A stretch of DNA of 63,396 nt, filler included, from Octopus bimaculoides (lineage: Eukaryota): NCBI RefSeq assembly GCF_001194135.2. It is 8 parts of 8 records of this genome, joined end to end, with 100 filler letters (N's around TTAATTAATTAA, not from the genome) between each part and the next. Parts side by side here need not be neighbours in the genome. Positions count along the whole stretch, not along the records: positions 12,207 to 32,103 come from NC_068986.1; 7 more parts are not named here. One strand, given 5' to 3'. Within the stretch, counting starts at the first letter, position 1, and each line of letters opens with the position of its first letter. Position numbers and translations under genes: made by a program. The notes below the pieces were generated by a model. That model worked only from the letters and a program-made list of their open reading frames with translations, was not told where the DNA came from and ran no database searches. This document shows, in pieces, positions 12,430-25,418 of this stretch.

Positions 12430-13720
12430 TTTATATTCAAGATGATAGTAGCCAGGTTTTGTGTCAGGCTATAACCTATTCTTGTTGTTTTACTATTAAT
12501 GATTTCCCAGTATTTATTTTTTTCCTTTTATAAAGTATTTGATAATTAGTTTAAAGATTGTTTTTACTAAGTTGTTTTTGATTTACATAGCATATGGTAA
12601 TATTAGTCAGACAGTATCATTTCCTTGGTTCGCATGATTAGGATTGCTGTTCTTTGGTCTATTGTTATTATTTGGGCAATAATTTTTATCATTAATAATA
12701 CTGATGTTATACCTATTGTTGGTGGTTGCATTCTTCAAATTAATTATTATATCTACATTATTATAATTAGCATTATTATTGTTATCACTATTAGTGGAGC
12801 TGATATCTGTTTGGATTTCTTATGTTATTCATTTTATCCTTATATCTGTGTGTACTTCTAGAATTTATAAATTTATTTTTAATTTCATTATTATTTTTAT
12901 CTGTGTTCTTATCATAGGCATTCATATTATTTCCATTATTATGGGGAAAGTATTTAATTTCATCCTTATACCCTGCATTTTTAAGTACTACATTATACTT
13001 ATCCTTGAGTTTATTAAATATCGCTTCATTTGAGGAAAGGTTTGAGATTCTTTTGCTTATATTTCTTAAAAGGGTTCTTTTTATTGATTGGGGGATGGTT
13101 ACTGAAATTATTTATATATCTTAAATTAGAGTTCTGTTTCATATACGGTTCATGTAGTCCAGTGCTTAAGTTACAGTTTTCGTCTAAATTGTTAATGGAG
13201 TAATTTTCATTTTCTATAGTTATAGAGAGACCAAATCTACTGAAAAACTTATGTTGGCATTTCTTTAATAATTCTAGGCATCTATTGGATTGATTTCTAA
13301 CTATAAAGAGTGTGTCATCTCTATACAGACCACCTCTTAATTTTGGGAATTCCCTGTTTATGTTCTGTAAAAGGTAGATTCCTATTAAGTCCATTGCTTC
13401 CACCAAGTCTGGCGAGCCCATTGTGATATCAAAGAGATAAGTTGTTTATTTTGATTACTTTTACATATGATTGTAATCAATTAATAAATAGATATAAATG
13501 AATGTCTTCAGGCTGATGTTTGTTGATTGATTATCCTCTCCATTTTCTTATTTGCCTCATAAATCCTTGGTAAATTTCTGTTTTACCCCCACTCATACTT
13601 AGTATTCAATTGCGTTACTGCCCTGCAATAGTAAGCACTTGGATATAAATACATAGGTATACATCCAGTAGTATATTGGATATTTATTATCCCTTAGATG
13701 GTTGTTTAACCTCTAACTCA
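12430..13720 (-). mobile_element. Penelope-like element, RT and linker, decayed
   Basis: MGSPDLVEAMDLIGIYLL...GGLYRDD...Y..FSNHPP (PLE RT), then LKNAGY, an Asn-rich linker and a decayed PY...K.IFKLI.KYF block. Confidence 0.8.
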
Positions 13721-13724
13721 TACA

Positions 13725-13788
<64 letters not shown>

Positions 13789-14317
13789 TATATTATATTA
13801 TATTATATTATATTATGTTATATAGCTTGATATAAGAAGAAATGAAAATTTAGATAATCATTTATATTTATGATTTACATCAACATAATAACTACATACA
13901 TAGATATAACATAAAATTACAAGACAAGGAACATATTTATATATGATTTAGAAGGAAATAAGAGATATATTAGGTAAAAATATACAGGAAAAGAGTAAAT
14001 AAATAAAGGTTGATATATCGATTAAAAATCATATTAAATTTAAGTTTAAAGGACATTGAAATAAGGACTAAAAGTTATAGAATGCATCAACAGTAGTGGG
14101 AAATCCTAATTATGGATTTAAAAGTTTAGAAGAGTTCCGAAGAAATGTTTTAAAGAGGGTTATAGCATTAATATGAAGCAATTTGATGGCCATTTCTGGA
14201 ATCCATTAGTCAGCAGGTATGAACCCTTTAGGTTCGACCTTACCACTTCCAAGGAATCAAGTAAAAGAACTTTTTCGAAAGAAAAAACAGTAATTTTATT
14301 ATTATTTTATATATATA

Positions 14318-16873
14318 TCATCATCATCGTTTAACGTCTGCTTTCCATGCTAGCATGGGTTGGACGATTTGACTGAGGACTGGTGAACTGGATGGCTGCA
14401 CCAGGCTCCAATCTGATCTGGCAGAGTTTCTACAGCTGGGTGCCCTTCCTAACACCAACCACTCCGAGAGTGAAGTGGGTGCTTTTACATGCCACCGGCA
14501 CGAGGGCCAGTCACACGGTACTGGCAACGGCCATGCTCAAAATGGTGTTTTTTACGTGCCACTGGCACAAGAGCGAGTCCAGCGGCACTGGCAACGACCT
14601 CGCTTGAATGATTTTCTAAATGTGCCACCAGCACAAGTGCCAGTAAGGCGACACTGGTAACGATCACACTCAAATGGTGCTATATATGGGCCACTAGCAC
14701 GGAAGCCAGACAGCTGCTCTGGCAATGATCATGCTCAGATTGTGCTGTTAGTGCTCCACTGGCACAGGTGCCAGTCATCGAATATGGTTCAATTACGATT
14801 TCGATTTCACTTGCCCCAACAGGTTTTTGCAAGCAGAGTTTAGTGTCCAATGAAGGAGAGGTTGGCATGGGTGCCAGTCATCGAATTTGGTTCAATTTCG
14901 ATTTCAAATTCACTTGCCTCAACAGGTCTTCGCAAGCAGAGTTTAGTGTCCAATGAAGTAAAGATACAAATAAGTGAGCTGACTACACTTCTGGCAGAGG
15001 CCACAGATTATGCTCTCACTTGGCTTGCGGGTCTTTTCACGTACTGCATATTTCCAAAGTTCCCGGTCACTAGTCATTGCCTCAGTGAGGCCTAAAGTTT
15101 GAAGATCGTGCTTCACCACCTCATCCCAGGTCTTCCTGGGCCTACCACTTCCACAGGTTCCCTTAACTGCTAGGGTGCGGCATTTTTTCATGCAGCTATC
15201 CTCATCCATTGTTGCCACATGTCCATACCAGCGCAATCGTCTCTCTTGCACACCACAACTGATGCTTCTTCGGTCTAACGTTTCTCTTAAGGCACTTACA
15301 CTCTGTCGAGTATGCACACTGACATTACCCATCCATCAGAGCATACTGGCTTCGTTTCTTGCGAGCTTATGCATGTCATCAGCAATCATGGCCCATGTTT
15401 CACTGCCATGTAGCATGGCTGTTCATACCCATGTGTCATACAGTCTGCCTTTTACTCTGAGTGAGAGGTAAGAGCTCTCTAAACTTTTCCAAGGCTATTA
15501 TTCTACCAGCTATATTTTCAGCACACCCTCCCCCACTACAAACTTGGTCACCTTGGTAGCGGAAGCTATCAACTACGTCTAGTTTTTCTCCCTGGAGTGT
15601 GGCAAAGGTTGTTTATTGCTCCTGAGCATCTGCCACATACAAAATCTATCTTGCTAGTTAGCTTTCCTTTGATATTGCTGCACCTCTTATGTGTCCATAG
15701 CTTACACTGGGTACATCTTATGGGGTTTCTACCTACGTCTTTTCTACAGATTGAGCAGGGCCATCTACCTGAAGGGGTTTGTGCTTTGTCTACCTCCCTA
15801 CTTATTAGGACTTTGGTTTTAGCTAGGTTGACTCTAAGGCCCTTCGATTCCAGTCCTTGCTTCCACACCTGAAACTTCTCCTCTAGTTCTGATAGTGACT
15901 CAGCAATTAGGGCAAGGTCATCAGCATAGAGGAGCTCCCAGGGGCATCCTGTCTTGAATTCCTCTGTTATCGCCTGGAGGACTATGATAAAGAGGAGGGG
16001 GCTGAGTTCTGAACTTTGGTTGACCCCTACTTGTACCGGGAATTCTTTACTATACTCGCTGCCAACCCTCAACTTACTGACAGCGTCCCTGTACATGGCT
16101 TGCACAGTTGTCACTAACCACTCATCTAACCCTAGTTTTCTCATTGACCACCAGATAAGGGAGCGGGGGACCCTGTCAAAGGCTTTCTCCATGTCAATGA
16201 AAGCCAGGTACAGAGGTTTATCTTTGGCTNNNNNNNNNNTCTCCATGTCAATGAAAGCCAGGTACAGAGGTTTATCTTTGGCTAAGTATTTCTCCTGCAG
16301 CTGTCTTACCAGAAATATAACATCAGTGGTGCTTTTCCCCGGAACGAATCCAAACTGACTCTCTCCCTAATTAGTTGGGCTATGACCCTCTTGGTGACCT
16401 TCATTACCTGGTTTCACAACTTGATACCTCTGTAATTGTTTGTGTCTAAAGCGTCACCTTTACCTTTGTAGCAGTTGACTATGGTGCTGCTACACCAGTC
16501 ATTGGCTATGGCTCCTTCGTGTATCACCTGGTTGACTATATGGGTGACTAGGCTATAGCTGACACTGCCAGATACTTTGAGCATCTCTGCGGTGATTCCT
16601 GATGGGCCGAGGACTTTCCCTGTCTTCATACCCTTAATTGCTGTATCTACCAAGGCACTGTCAATTTGGATAGCTGGTCCCTCTGTTGGGACGGCATTCA
16701 GCAGGCTCTCTTTCTCCCATTCATTCTATTTATTTAGCAACCCTTCATAGTGGTGTCTCCAAACCTCTCTCTTTGCAGCCTCGTTTAGTGCAAGTGAGTC
16801 ATCATCCACACGGACACATTTCTCTCCTACGACATCACGATTCTCTCTCACACACTGTCTTGCAACACGAAAC
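14318..16873 (-). mobile_element. RTE-clade LINE, 5'-truncated (RT, PHD-like finger, C-terminus, 3' UTR)
   Basis: GPSGITAEMLK, NYRGIKL, FIDMEKAFDRVPR, VGVNQ.SELSPLLF, LLYADDL, RRLRWYGHV..GRPRKTW. The 3' UTR has an internal about 100-bp duplication and an (ATG)n tail. Confidence 0.95.
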
Positions 16874-17049
16874 ATGAAATATATATATATATTGAAATCC
16901 TTCCTCTATTATTTGCTGTTTAGCCCCAGGACAACTCCCTGATTGAGTAGATCTTTGACCATCCCTTTTTTTTTTTACGTTGTGCTACATTATACTATAT
17001 CTTCCTATTATAAGATGAAAGCATGTGATTTTTTAAAGATTTTGGTTAC

Positions 17050-17718
17050 TATTTCTTGCAGACACATCTTTGGAATTGTATGGTAGAAATCTTGAAAGTT
17101 TTGTGGGTTATTGTTCATGTTCAAAATGCTCCAAAATATTTTAGTTTGCTTTTAAAAGCACTTCAAGTAACAAAAATTAGGAAATCACTTGTCTAAGAAG
17201 AAAAAGAGTTAGAAAGAAAGAAAAAAAACAAAGGTGGGGAGTAGTTACCAAACTGGTTGGAATATAAAAGGCTATTTAATGTTGATGGAAGCAATCAAAG
17301 TAAAGATAACTTACTAGCAAACTAAAATTTTTATACAGTGTGTAATATATATATTTTTTTAAATTGGTCAATGTATACATTTCCCTCATGCAGGATAATA
17401 TTCATTAAGTGCAACCCTTGATATTGTGAAAGGTTTTATATTGTTAGACCTTAAACTTGTCAGTGCTTACTCAAGCTTAAAGTACTTTTGGTCTTTTAAA
17501 AAAGGGAATCAATATAAGAAGAGTTACATTTAAGTTTTGGAAAAATAAATATGAAACCATTTACTGAAAGTCCTAAGAGAATGGAAAAGTAGCAATTTGT
17601 TCAGACCTAATCAGGTAGAAGCATGCAGTAAGTTACAACTTTCCTCTGCCATCTGTGCTCCAAACTATTAAGTCAGGATTGCTGTTGACAATGTGGAAGC
17701 ACAAGGGGCAGCTATCAT
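17050..17718 (-). pseudogene. Two putative exons with KDZ-transposase-core-like motifs
   Basis: Acceptor ctattttcacag before 17718 gives (D)DSCPLCFHIVNSNPDLIVWSTDGRG(K), open to 17640. Acceptor tttttcttcttag before 17192 gives TSDFLIFVT*SAFKSKLKYFGAF*T*TITH. Family assignment is by recalled motif only. Confidence 0.3.
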
Positions 17719-17766
17719 CTGTGAAAATAGAGCAATCACCATACGTACATACATACATACATACAT

Positions 17767-20700
17767 ACCATCTTGAAGTTAAATACAAAGAGTGATTGTA
17801 TTATCACTGACTAGCAGTATACCCCGGCTTTGCCCGGGATTAAGTTGGGATTATTAAGCTGACGTCAAATTTGGGCAGAATCAGTGTTGCAACTGGAGCG
17901 CATGGGTTGAGAGTTTGATCGGCAGAGGTGATCAGGTTACACATGCCATCCCTTTGAAAACACCACCGCCATCATCTAACCCCTCTTTGCTCATGGGTTA
18001 GGAACCCGGAGAACATTATTTTTCTTTGTGGTTGGGTCGTTGATGACCTCTTTCTAGCATATTGGATGTCCACCTAGTGGTCATCCCTTACACACGTGTA
18101 ATACAATTTTTTCTGAATTTTCAGATTTGTTATATGCTAGGCCACTTGGTTTTAAATTGAATTAATATTCAATNNNNNNNNNNNNNNNNNNNNNNNNNNN
18201 NNNNNNNNNNNNNNNNNNNNNNNNNNNNNNNNNNNNNNNNNNNNNNNNNNNNNNNNNNNNNNNNNNNNNNNNNNNNNNNNNNNNNNNNNNNNNNNNNNNN
18301 NNNNNNNNNNNNNNNNNNNNNNNNNNNNNNNNNNNNNNNNNNNNNNNNNNNNNNNNNNNNNNNNNNNNNNNNNNNNNNNNNNNNNNNNNNNNNNNNNNNN
18401 NNNNNNNNNNNNNNNNNNNNNNNNNNNNNNNNNNNNNNNNNNNNNNAAAACACACGCACCTTGCCTTACATATATATACGGATAAATGATTTGAAATAAA
18501 TATAGTTTGGAAATGGCGATTTACGGTACAATACCTAGAAACGTGAAAATCAGACCACATGGGTTTGTTTACATCAATTCGGCAGAGATAGAGAGAGCGC
18601 GCCCTCCCTCTCTATCTCTCTCCCTCCCTTACACACATTTATCTCTCTTTCTTTCTCTCTCTCCCTCTCTCACACTAACAAAAGAACTTCACATACACAC
18701 CACACTTTCTGTCTGGCATACTCACTATAAAAAGATAGCGTCTATTTCTTTTTGGCAACATGTGTTTTGTGTGTAATGTTGCTGTGTGTGTGTGAGAGAA
18801 AGAAAGAAACAAAGAGAGATAACTGGCATGTGTATGTAAGGGAGGAAGAGATAGAGAGAGAGGGTATTTTTTTCTGTTTGACTGCTGCTTACCACACAGA
18901 CGCTGGCAAAGAAAATGTATCTCTCCTTCACCCTCCCTCTCACAAACATACAATTTCTCTCTCTCTCTCTCTCTCGCCTTCACGTGCGTACGCACAGATT
19001 TGACTTCGCCTTGTCAACAAACTTCAAAATTGGTAAAAGTTTATCGATTTTTACAGGTATACGCGGGTACCTCTGAGAGAGAAAGTTCACTAAAATGCAC
19101 ATAGGGTCATTCCGAATCTTCTCCTAAAATTGGAGCAACATGCGTGCTAATTTGTGGACGTGCATAAACCACATTCACGTACACACACACACAAGCATCC
19201 TCTGTTTTATAGATATTGATAGAATACAGTATCACAGAAGTATATTCCAAGGGGACAATCTCTTTGTGGTGTTGCTTATACTTTCTGTAAACTCCTTGTC
19301 ATTCATATTAAAGAAGTCTGAAGGATATTTCACTGGTTCACAAGGAAACAGAAGTACCAAAATTACATGCTGTTTCTTTATTGATGACTTGAAATTACAT
19401 GCAAAGAGTATGCATGAGATGAAAAAGAGCCTTGACCTACAACATTCTCTAAAGATGATAGGGTTGGAGTTTGGCCAAGATAAATGTTGCTATATGGTTG
19501 TGAAAAGTGAGAAAACTGTAAAACAAACTAACATCTCTATCAATGACCTACCTGTTTCCCCTGTATCTGATTAGGAATTTTACAGGTACCTTGGGGTGGA
19601 TGAAAACACATCTTCCAATAGCACCTGTAATTAGGCAAGTGTCACTAAACAATATTACAGCTGAATAAAGAAAATGTGGATCTTGGAACTCTCTGCATTC
19701 AATAAAATAGTGGCCCACAATGTATTTGCAGTGCCAGTACTCATACCAACATTTGGGCTACTTGATTGGACTCTTGATGAGATCCAATCCATTGATGTGA
19801 AAACCTGGAAGATACTAACCAACACACATAATTTCCACATCAACAATGATGTAGACCATCTCTATCTAAAACGAAAACAAGTTGACAGAGGCTTAACATC
19901 AATCCAGACTGCCTATGAATGTCGCATCATATCTCTTCGCCAACATCTTTTAACCACCAAGTGTTGAAGTGAATCCCTTGACCAAGTTTGCATACATGAG
20001 GCTTGGAAGCAGCTCCCTGAACAGCATTCCTTGTCTGATAACCTTAAATACATCCCCAAAGAAGTTGCACAACTCTACTGCAGCATATCATCATATGAAA
20101 GGAGCATATATCAGTAGAAGACCATGCATGGATATGTTAGTAAAAAGCGCTGGGATGGTAGTAACATTGATCACCAAAGCAGTCTATCATGGACCAATAC
20201 CCGAATTACTAACTCCCACTTTGAAGGGTATATGTTTGCAATCCAGGTACAAGAAATATCAACCAAATACCTGGTGCACAAGAGGAACAAAGATACAGGA
20301 AAAGCAGCAAAATGTGATAATTGACACAAACTTTGTGGAGTTAACACCAAAGATATCACGCACATCATTAGCAGCTGTCCAAAAATATCATCTACCAATA
20401 AGACATGATGTAGGTAGGACACTGTATAATGAGACCCGTTGGAAGGACAACCCTGAGGCCAAAGAAATAAGAACCTACAGTGTAGTAGAAATGATAACCA
20501 CTCATGATAAAAAGGAGTACTGGTGGAATGTCCCAGTGAAAACCTCAATAAAATGTAAACACAACAGACCTGACATAATGATTTGGGATAGAGAACAGTT
20601 GTGGATATCAGCTACCCAACTGCGAAAAAGAAAATACCTATGCTGAATTATTGAGGAATCTACAGCTACTCTATCCTGATTACAAGTTCGGGTTTATACA
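17767..20700 (+). mobile_element. R4/Dong-type (REL endonuclease) LINE, 5'-truncated, interrupted by a Helitron-like insert
   Basis: TILKLNTKSDCIITD|RIQYHRSIFQGD...FFIDDLKLHAK (RT), WILELSAFNKIVAHNVFAVPVL, a zinc-knuckle remnant with RHD, and YWWN.P...HNRPDIMIWD (REL). Confidence 0.9.
17810..19220 (+). mobile_element. Non-autonomous Helitron/HINE-like element
   Basis: Starts ACTAGCAGTATACCCCGGCTTTGCCCGGG (5' hairpin), has internal CT/GA/CA microsatellites, ends ...TTTTATAGATATTGAT. Removing it restores the R4 reading ITD-RIQ with no obvious TSD. Confidence 0.7.
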
Positions 20701-20950
20701 GATCCAAGCCATCACTGGAACTGTAAAAATCTGTAAAACCAGAAGTTTGTCATTTAAGTATATATGTGCATGTCTAGACATGCTACTATATGCATGAGAA
20801 TACATACATAAAACAAAACATACAAATCTGCACATATACATACAAAAATACTCCGTTGATGTTGTTGAAATTTCAATGAAGGTGCCTTGGATCGAGGCTG
20901 GAAACCAGCTTTCGCTATTGGCAAGAATTCTTGAAATAAAACTGAATAAT

Positions 20951-21012
<62 letters not shown>

Positions 21013-22507
21013 AAGAGCTTCCACACAATTTCCATCTATCCTAGTCTAACAAAGAAGATATTTGCCCAACCTGTTGCAGAATAGATTTGAACCTAGAACC
21101 ATGTACATGTAAAGTAGACTTCTCAATCATGCATTTTTTTTAGTTCAAATGTGTTAATGTCAGCTTTGTTTCAGCCCTCCAGGGTTGATGAAATATTCTA
21201 ATACTGGGATTAATTCAATCAACTATTCCTTTCCATAAAATTCATAGCCTTGTGCCAAAGTTAGAATCATTATTAAAGCAGAGTTACATCTTCAATCCTA
21301 ATATCTAGTTAACAAATATTTTAAATTATGAGAAAAATGTTAGGAATTAGTTTAATTCATTGCGATTTCAAATTGATTGTTGCCATGATTAATATCTTAA
21401 ATGGTGCTGACTTCAGTTCTATTTAATGTATAGTTAAAATTCTTAATAAAGTGGCATAACTAGTTGAATACTGCCTAACTGACCCAAATACCAACATTTT
21501 CTTCTACCTTTTCACAAATTCTCTTGTCACTTTTCCCATTCTTTTCTCACCAAAAATAAGAAAATGAAAAAAGCAAAAATATCAATAAATTTTATTAGCT
21601 GTGAAAATATTCCCTCCAAAACAGCTATTCAATTTTAATCAATTTCTGTACTCATAATCGATGATTATCAAGATAGCTTGCATTGTTTAATATCACTCTC
21701 AACTACTGAACTGGTTTTGATACTCAAAGCAGAAAAAAGTGAAAGCAGGTTTAATTTCAATATGTTATTATTCTATTGTTGTATTTGATTGATTATCCTT
21801 GATCCTGTAAACAGTTTGTGAATGAATATTAGTTAATTATAAAATTGTCTTTCCACCTATTTAAGATTTCCAAAATTTTAAAAAGATGCTCAACTGTATG
21901 AATTTTCAATCTATGTTTCATGCTTCAGCACATGATAATATTACAGTTGAATTATATTATTTTAATGTATTACTTCAAAGTTTCTACCAAAATTTATATG
22001 CTGTCCTTTTCACTGTTTGTCCACATGATTTTTCAGCCAATAAGCTGTTAGTGTTTTTACATTTCTTTGTTTATTCCAATTCTTATAAACTGAAGAGCCC
22101 CTTTATCTTTTCAAACAAATGAAAAAGACATTTTTCATTTATTGACTAAACTCAGCCTTGAATATGATAAAGTTGATTTTGGAGTTGGTAAAAAAACAAA
22201 TTCCTTTATGAAACATACGCACAAAAAAATAAGGTAATAAATAAAATGTTTGATATTAGAAATAAAAGACACTTGAAGCAGATTTTTGGCTACGACATTT
22301 TGTTAGATGAGATTGAACAAGTTTACCTCAATCAAATTTTTAGTGTCTATATTTTTGAGCAATTACATAGTAACTCAAGTTTCTTTGCTAATATGAGTGC
22401 ACGCATGGCTGTCTGGCTAAGTGTCAGCTATCATAGCCAAAGGTTTGTGAGTGAAATTTGGTAGACAGAGATTTTGCTGAAGACCATTGTTTGTGTATGT
22501 GTATGTA

Positions 22508-23717
22508 TTGGGTTAGCTAAAAACTCCATTTGGTTTTTATCACCACTAAATTTCCAGTACTCTAATGAATAGCTAACTTCAATCTGTCCATTGTGCATGC
22601 ACACTTGTTAGATATTTGACACTTCAACATAGTTTGATGCAACCTTGCAACAAGCCAGGTTGTATTTTATGTGCTTGAGATCATTTTGAAATGGAGAACC
22701 AGAATGAACATAATTGACACCTCATGCTTTTTTTTAAAAAGGCAGGGAAATGGCAACTTACAGGAAGCTATGCATTGTGTACAGAGAGGATGCTATCACA
22801 GAACATGTGGGCCAGAATTGGTTTTCAATATTTCAATTGGGAAACTTTTTGGCTCAAGACACACTCTGCCAGACAATTGAGGTTACCAGCAACAAATTGA
22901 AAGAGTTAGTCAACAATGTTATAAATCCAGAATGATTGCAGAAATATTCAAATCAAGTGTTGAAAACCATCTGCATCAACTGTGTTACATCAGCAGCCTT
23001 GATGTTAGGGTCCTACATCAATTGAATTAAGCTAACCTCGCCCAACGGATTTATATCTGCAAAATATTAAGAAAATGATCCTGTTTGGAAGATAATGGTG
23101 ATAGGGGACAAAAAATGGATCGTCTATAACAATGTGAAGCACAAACAATCACAGGGGAAGTGGGTGAACCACCACAAATAATCTCCAAAACAGGACTTTT
23201 TCCACAGAAGGTTATGCTTTCAATTTGGTAGGATTGGAAGGGTGTTGTCTTTCACAAACTTCTTCCTACAGATGGGCCATCAATACTGTGACCTGTGGGA
23301 CAACTTAAATGCAGCATCCCACTAGATGTGTGCAGCACATGCTAATTGTAATAGTATTGTCTTTGATCACAACAATGACAGACCTGACACTTCTTTGCAG
23401 ACATGGCAGTAATTACAGGGGATTGACTGGGAATTTTTGCTGCAACTTCCATATTCATCTGACCTTGCACCTTCAGATTTCCACTCATTTTGGTCTCTTC
23501 AAAATTCACTGGATGGATGGACCTTCACCTAGAAGAGTTTTTCACCAGTAAAGATAGGAAATTTTTTTGAGCAGAGAATAATAGATCCTCCCACAAGATG
23601 GTAGAAGATACTGGTATAAAACAGTAGTTATATCAGTGAGTGAATAAATCACTTTATATTTAAATCTTGTATCTCATTTTCATTTAAAAAACTGAATAGA
23701 CTTTTTGGCCGACCCAA
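22508..23717 (+). mobile_element. Mariner transposon, near full length, decayed
   Basis: TIRs TTGGGTTAGCTAAAAACT and reverse-complement TTGGGTCGGCCAAAAAGT, TA on both sides. Frameshifted MENQNEH.., GD(K)KWIVYNN, KVMLSIW*DWKGVV, HNNDRP, PYSSDLAPSDFH. Confidence 0.92.
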
Positions 23718-25200
23718 TATGTGTGGATGTATATATGTATGTGCATTTTTGTATAGAAAGCATAACACCTGGATGACCACAATTCAATAACTGAAACCAA
23801 TTAAAGAATGAAAATGCAGTGAAATAAACATTTAGTTCAACTGGAGCTCATATTTAACACTGAATTGTGCTTGATGCAGTCTCTAATTATCTTCAGGTAT
23901 TGTGTTTTTACATTTAAGCAGATTTTTACCATTTTGTTACCAATTGAGCCAATAAGAAAGATCCTCTCTACATAGTTACCTAAGCTGTTGTAAATAGCAA
24001 CCAAATCACACTATTGTTTAAAAAGTAAATTATATTGGATATAGTAGCCTTGCATACTGTGGTGAAGTGGATCTAATTCACATGAACCTCTTAACATTTA
24101 TTTTTAAAATGAGAACTGCTTAATTTTTAGCTGTACACTGAAGAGAGACTACTCAGAAACCTTATATCAACTATCATGATTCAGCTGACTCTACTGGCTC
24201 TTCAATGTTTTACAGTTAAAATTAATGACTGTTTAAATTCAAAAGATTGGTAAAGTTTGTTTGCCATGATGTTTGTATGTATCATCATCATTTATTCATA
24301 CACTTTCTCCATGCTGACATGGATCAGACAAGACTACTTGAGCTAATGTACTATAGCTAGATGTTCTTCCTGATTCCAACCTTTATTTGTTTTACAATTT
24401 ACAAATAAGGCACTCTATTCCCTTGTTTGCAAGTATCAAACAACTACTGGATGTTTTGTTTACAGGGGATATGTTACTACTGCCAAAGTGGTGTCCATAC
24501 AAAGACATGCAGAGACAAACAAACACATACACACAACTTCTGTATAGCTTCCTTCTATCAAATTTCACTGAAGACATTGGTGAACCCAGGGCCATAGTAG
24601 AAGACACTTATCTGATGTGCCACACAGTGGGATCTAATTCTTTAACCACACAGTCATGCTGGTATCTAGGCCATGCTTATGTTTCTGTATTTATGGATGC
24701 ATGGCTGTTTTGCCGATGACATTAATATTTTTAATGCATCTATATCATGCTTGGGTGTATGATTGTGTTTACACCTGTTCTAACCACCCCCTCCACCTTT
24801 TGCCTCTTTGCTTCCCTCGCTATACCATAATTTCTTCCTTCTCCCCTACAATATTATGATGCCTATCATCATAATTGTATCTCTATTTATTGTTTGATGC
24901 ATTGCACGTATCTATCTTGCAGTCCAACTTTATAAATTTTCAGCATCCCTCTCTTTGCTTCTTTCACTTATCACACTATTGCATCACTAAACATGAACTT
25001 GCTTGTCCCTTACTTCACAAAAGTAACCTCTTATCTTCAGTTCTAGCCCTCATTTCCTTATTCTCAGAGGAAGGACCTGAGTGGTAAACCATCATCAATT
25101 TCCTCAAATTTAGATTTTACCCGAATTTAATGTTGTATTAAGAAAACAATATTTTAATAAAGTCATTTTATTATAGTTAGCACAGTAAACTGATTGTTAA

Positions 25201-25418
25201 CCCTTTAGCATTTAAACCAACCATATCCAGCCCAAATATTCTACTTATTTTATTTCCAAACAGGCCAAATCTGACCTCTCATACTTACTCTATAATGTTA
25301 TTCTAAAAATAACAATCAGATCATAAAATCTCAAAGCTACATGGTAATGCATGATTAATTCAAATCAATGTGAATAAATGGGCATTACATTTGACACATA
25401 AATCTGAATACTAAAGGG
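25201..25418. mobile_element. piggyBac-type MITE
   Basis: TTAA|CCCTTTAG...CTAAAGGG|TTAA. Confidence 0.85.

Noticed and set aside
16188-16282. Direct repeat flanking a 10-N gap (also about 33179-33290)
   Set aside because: An unmerged contig overlap is more likely than a TSD or real duplication.
17555-17735. Plus-strand near-open frame NHLLKVLREWK...NRAIT
   Set aside because: No recognisable motif, an internal stop and no good acceptor; the minus strand has the stronger splice site and motif.
12207-17810. Twin-priming 5' inversion as the explanation for the split R4 RT
   Set aside because: 5.4 kb of unrelated sequence separates the pieces, and the left piece simply ends at a gap.
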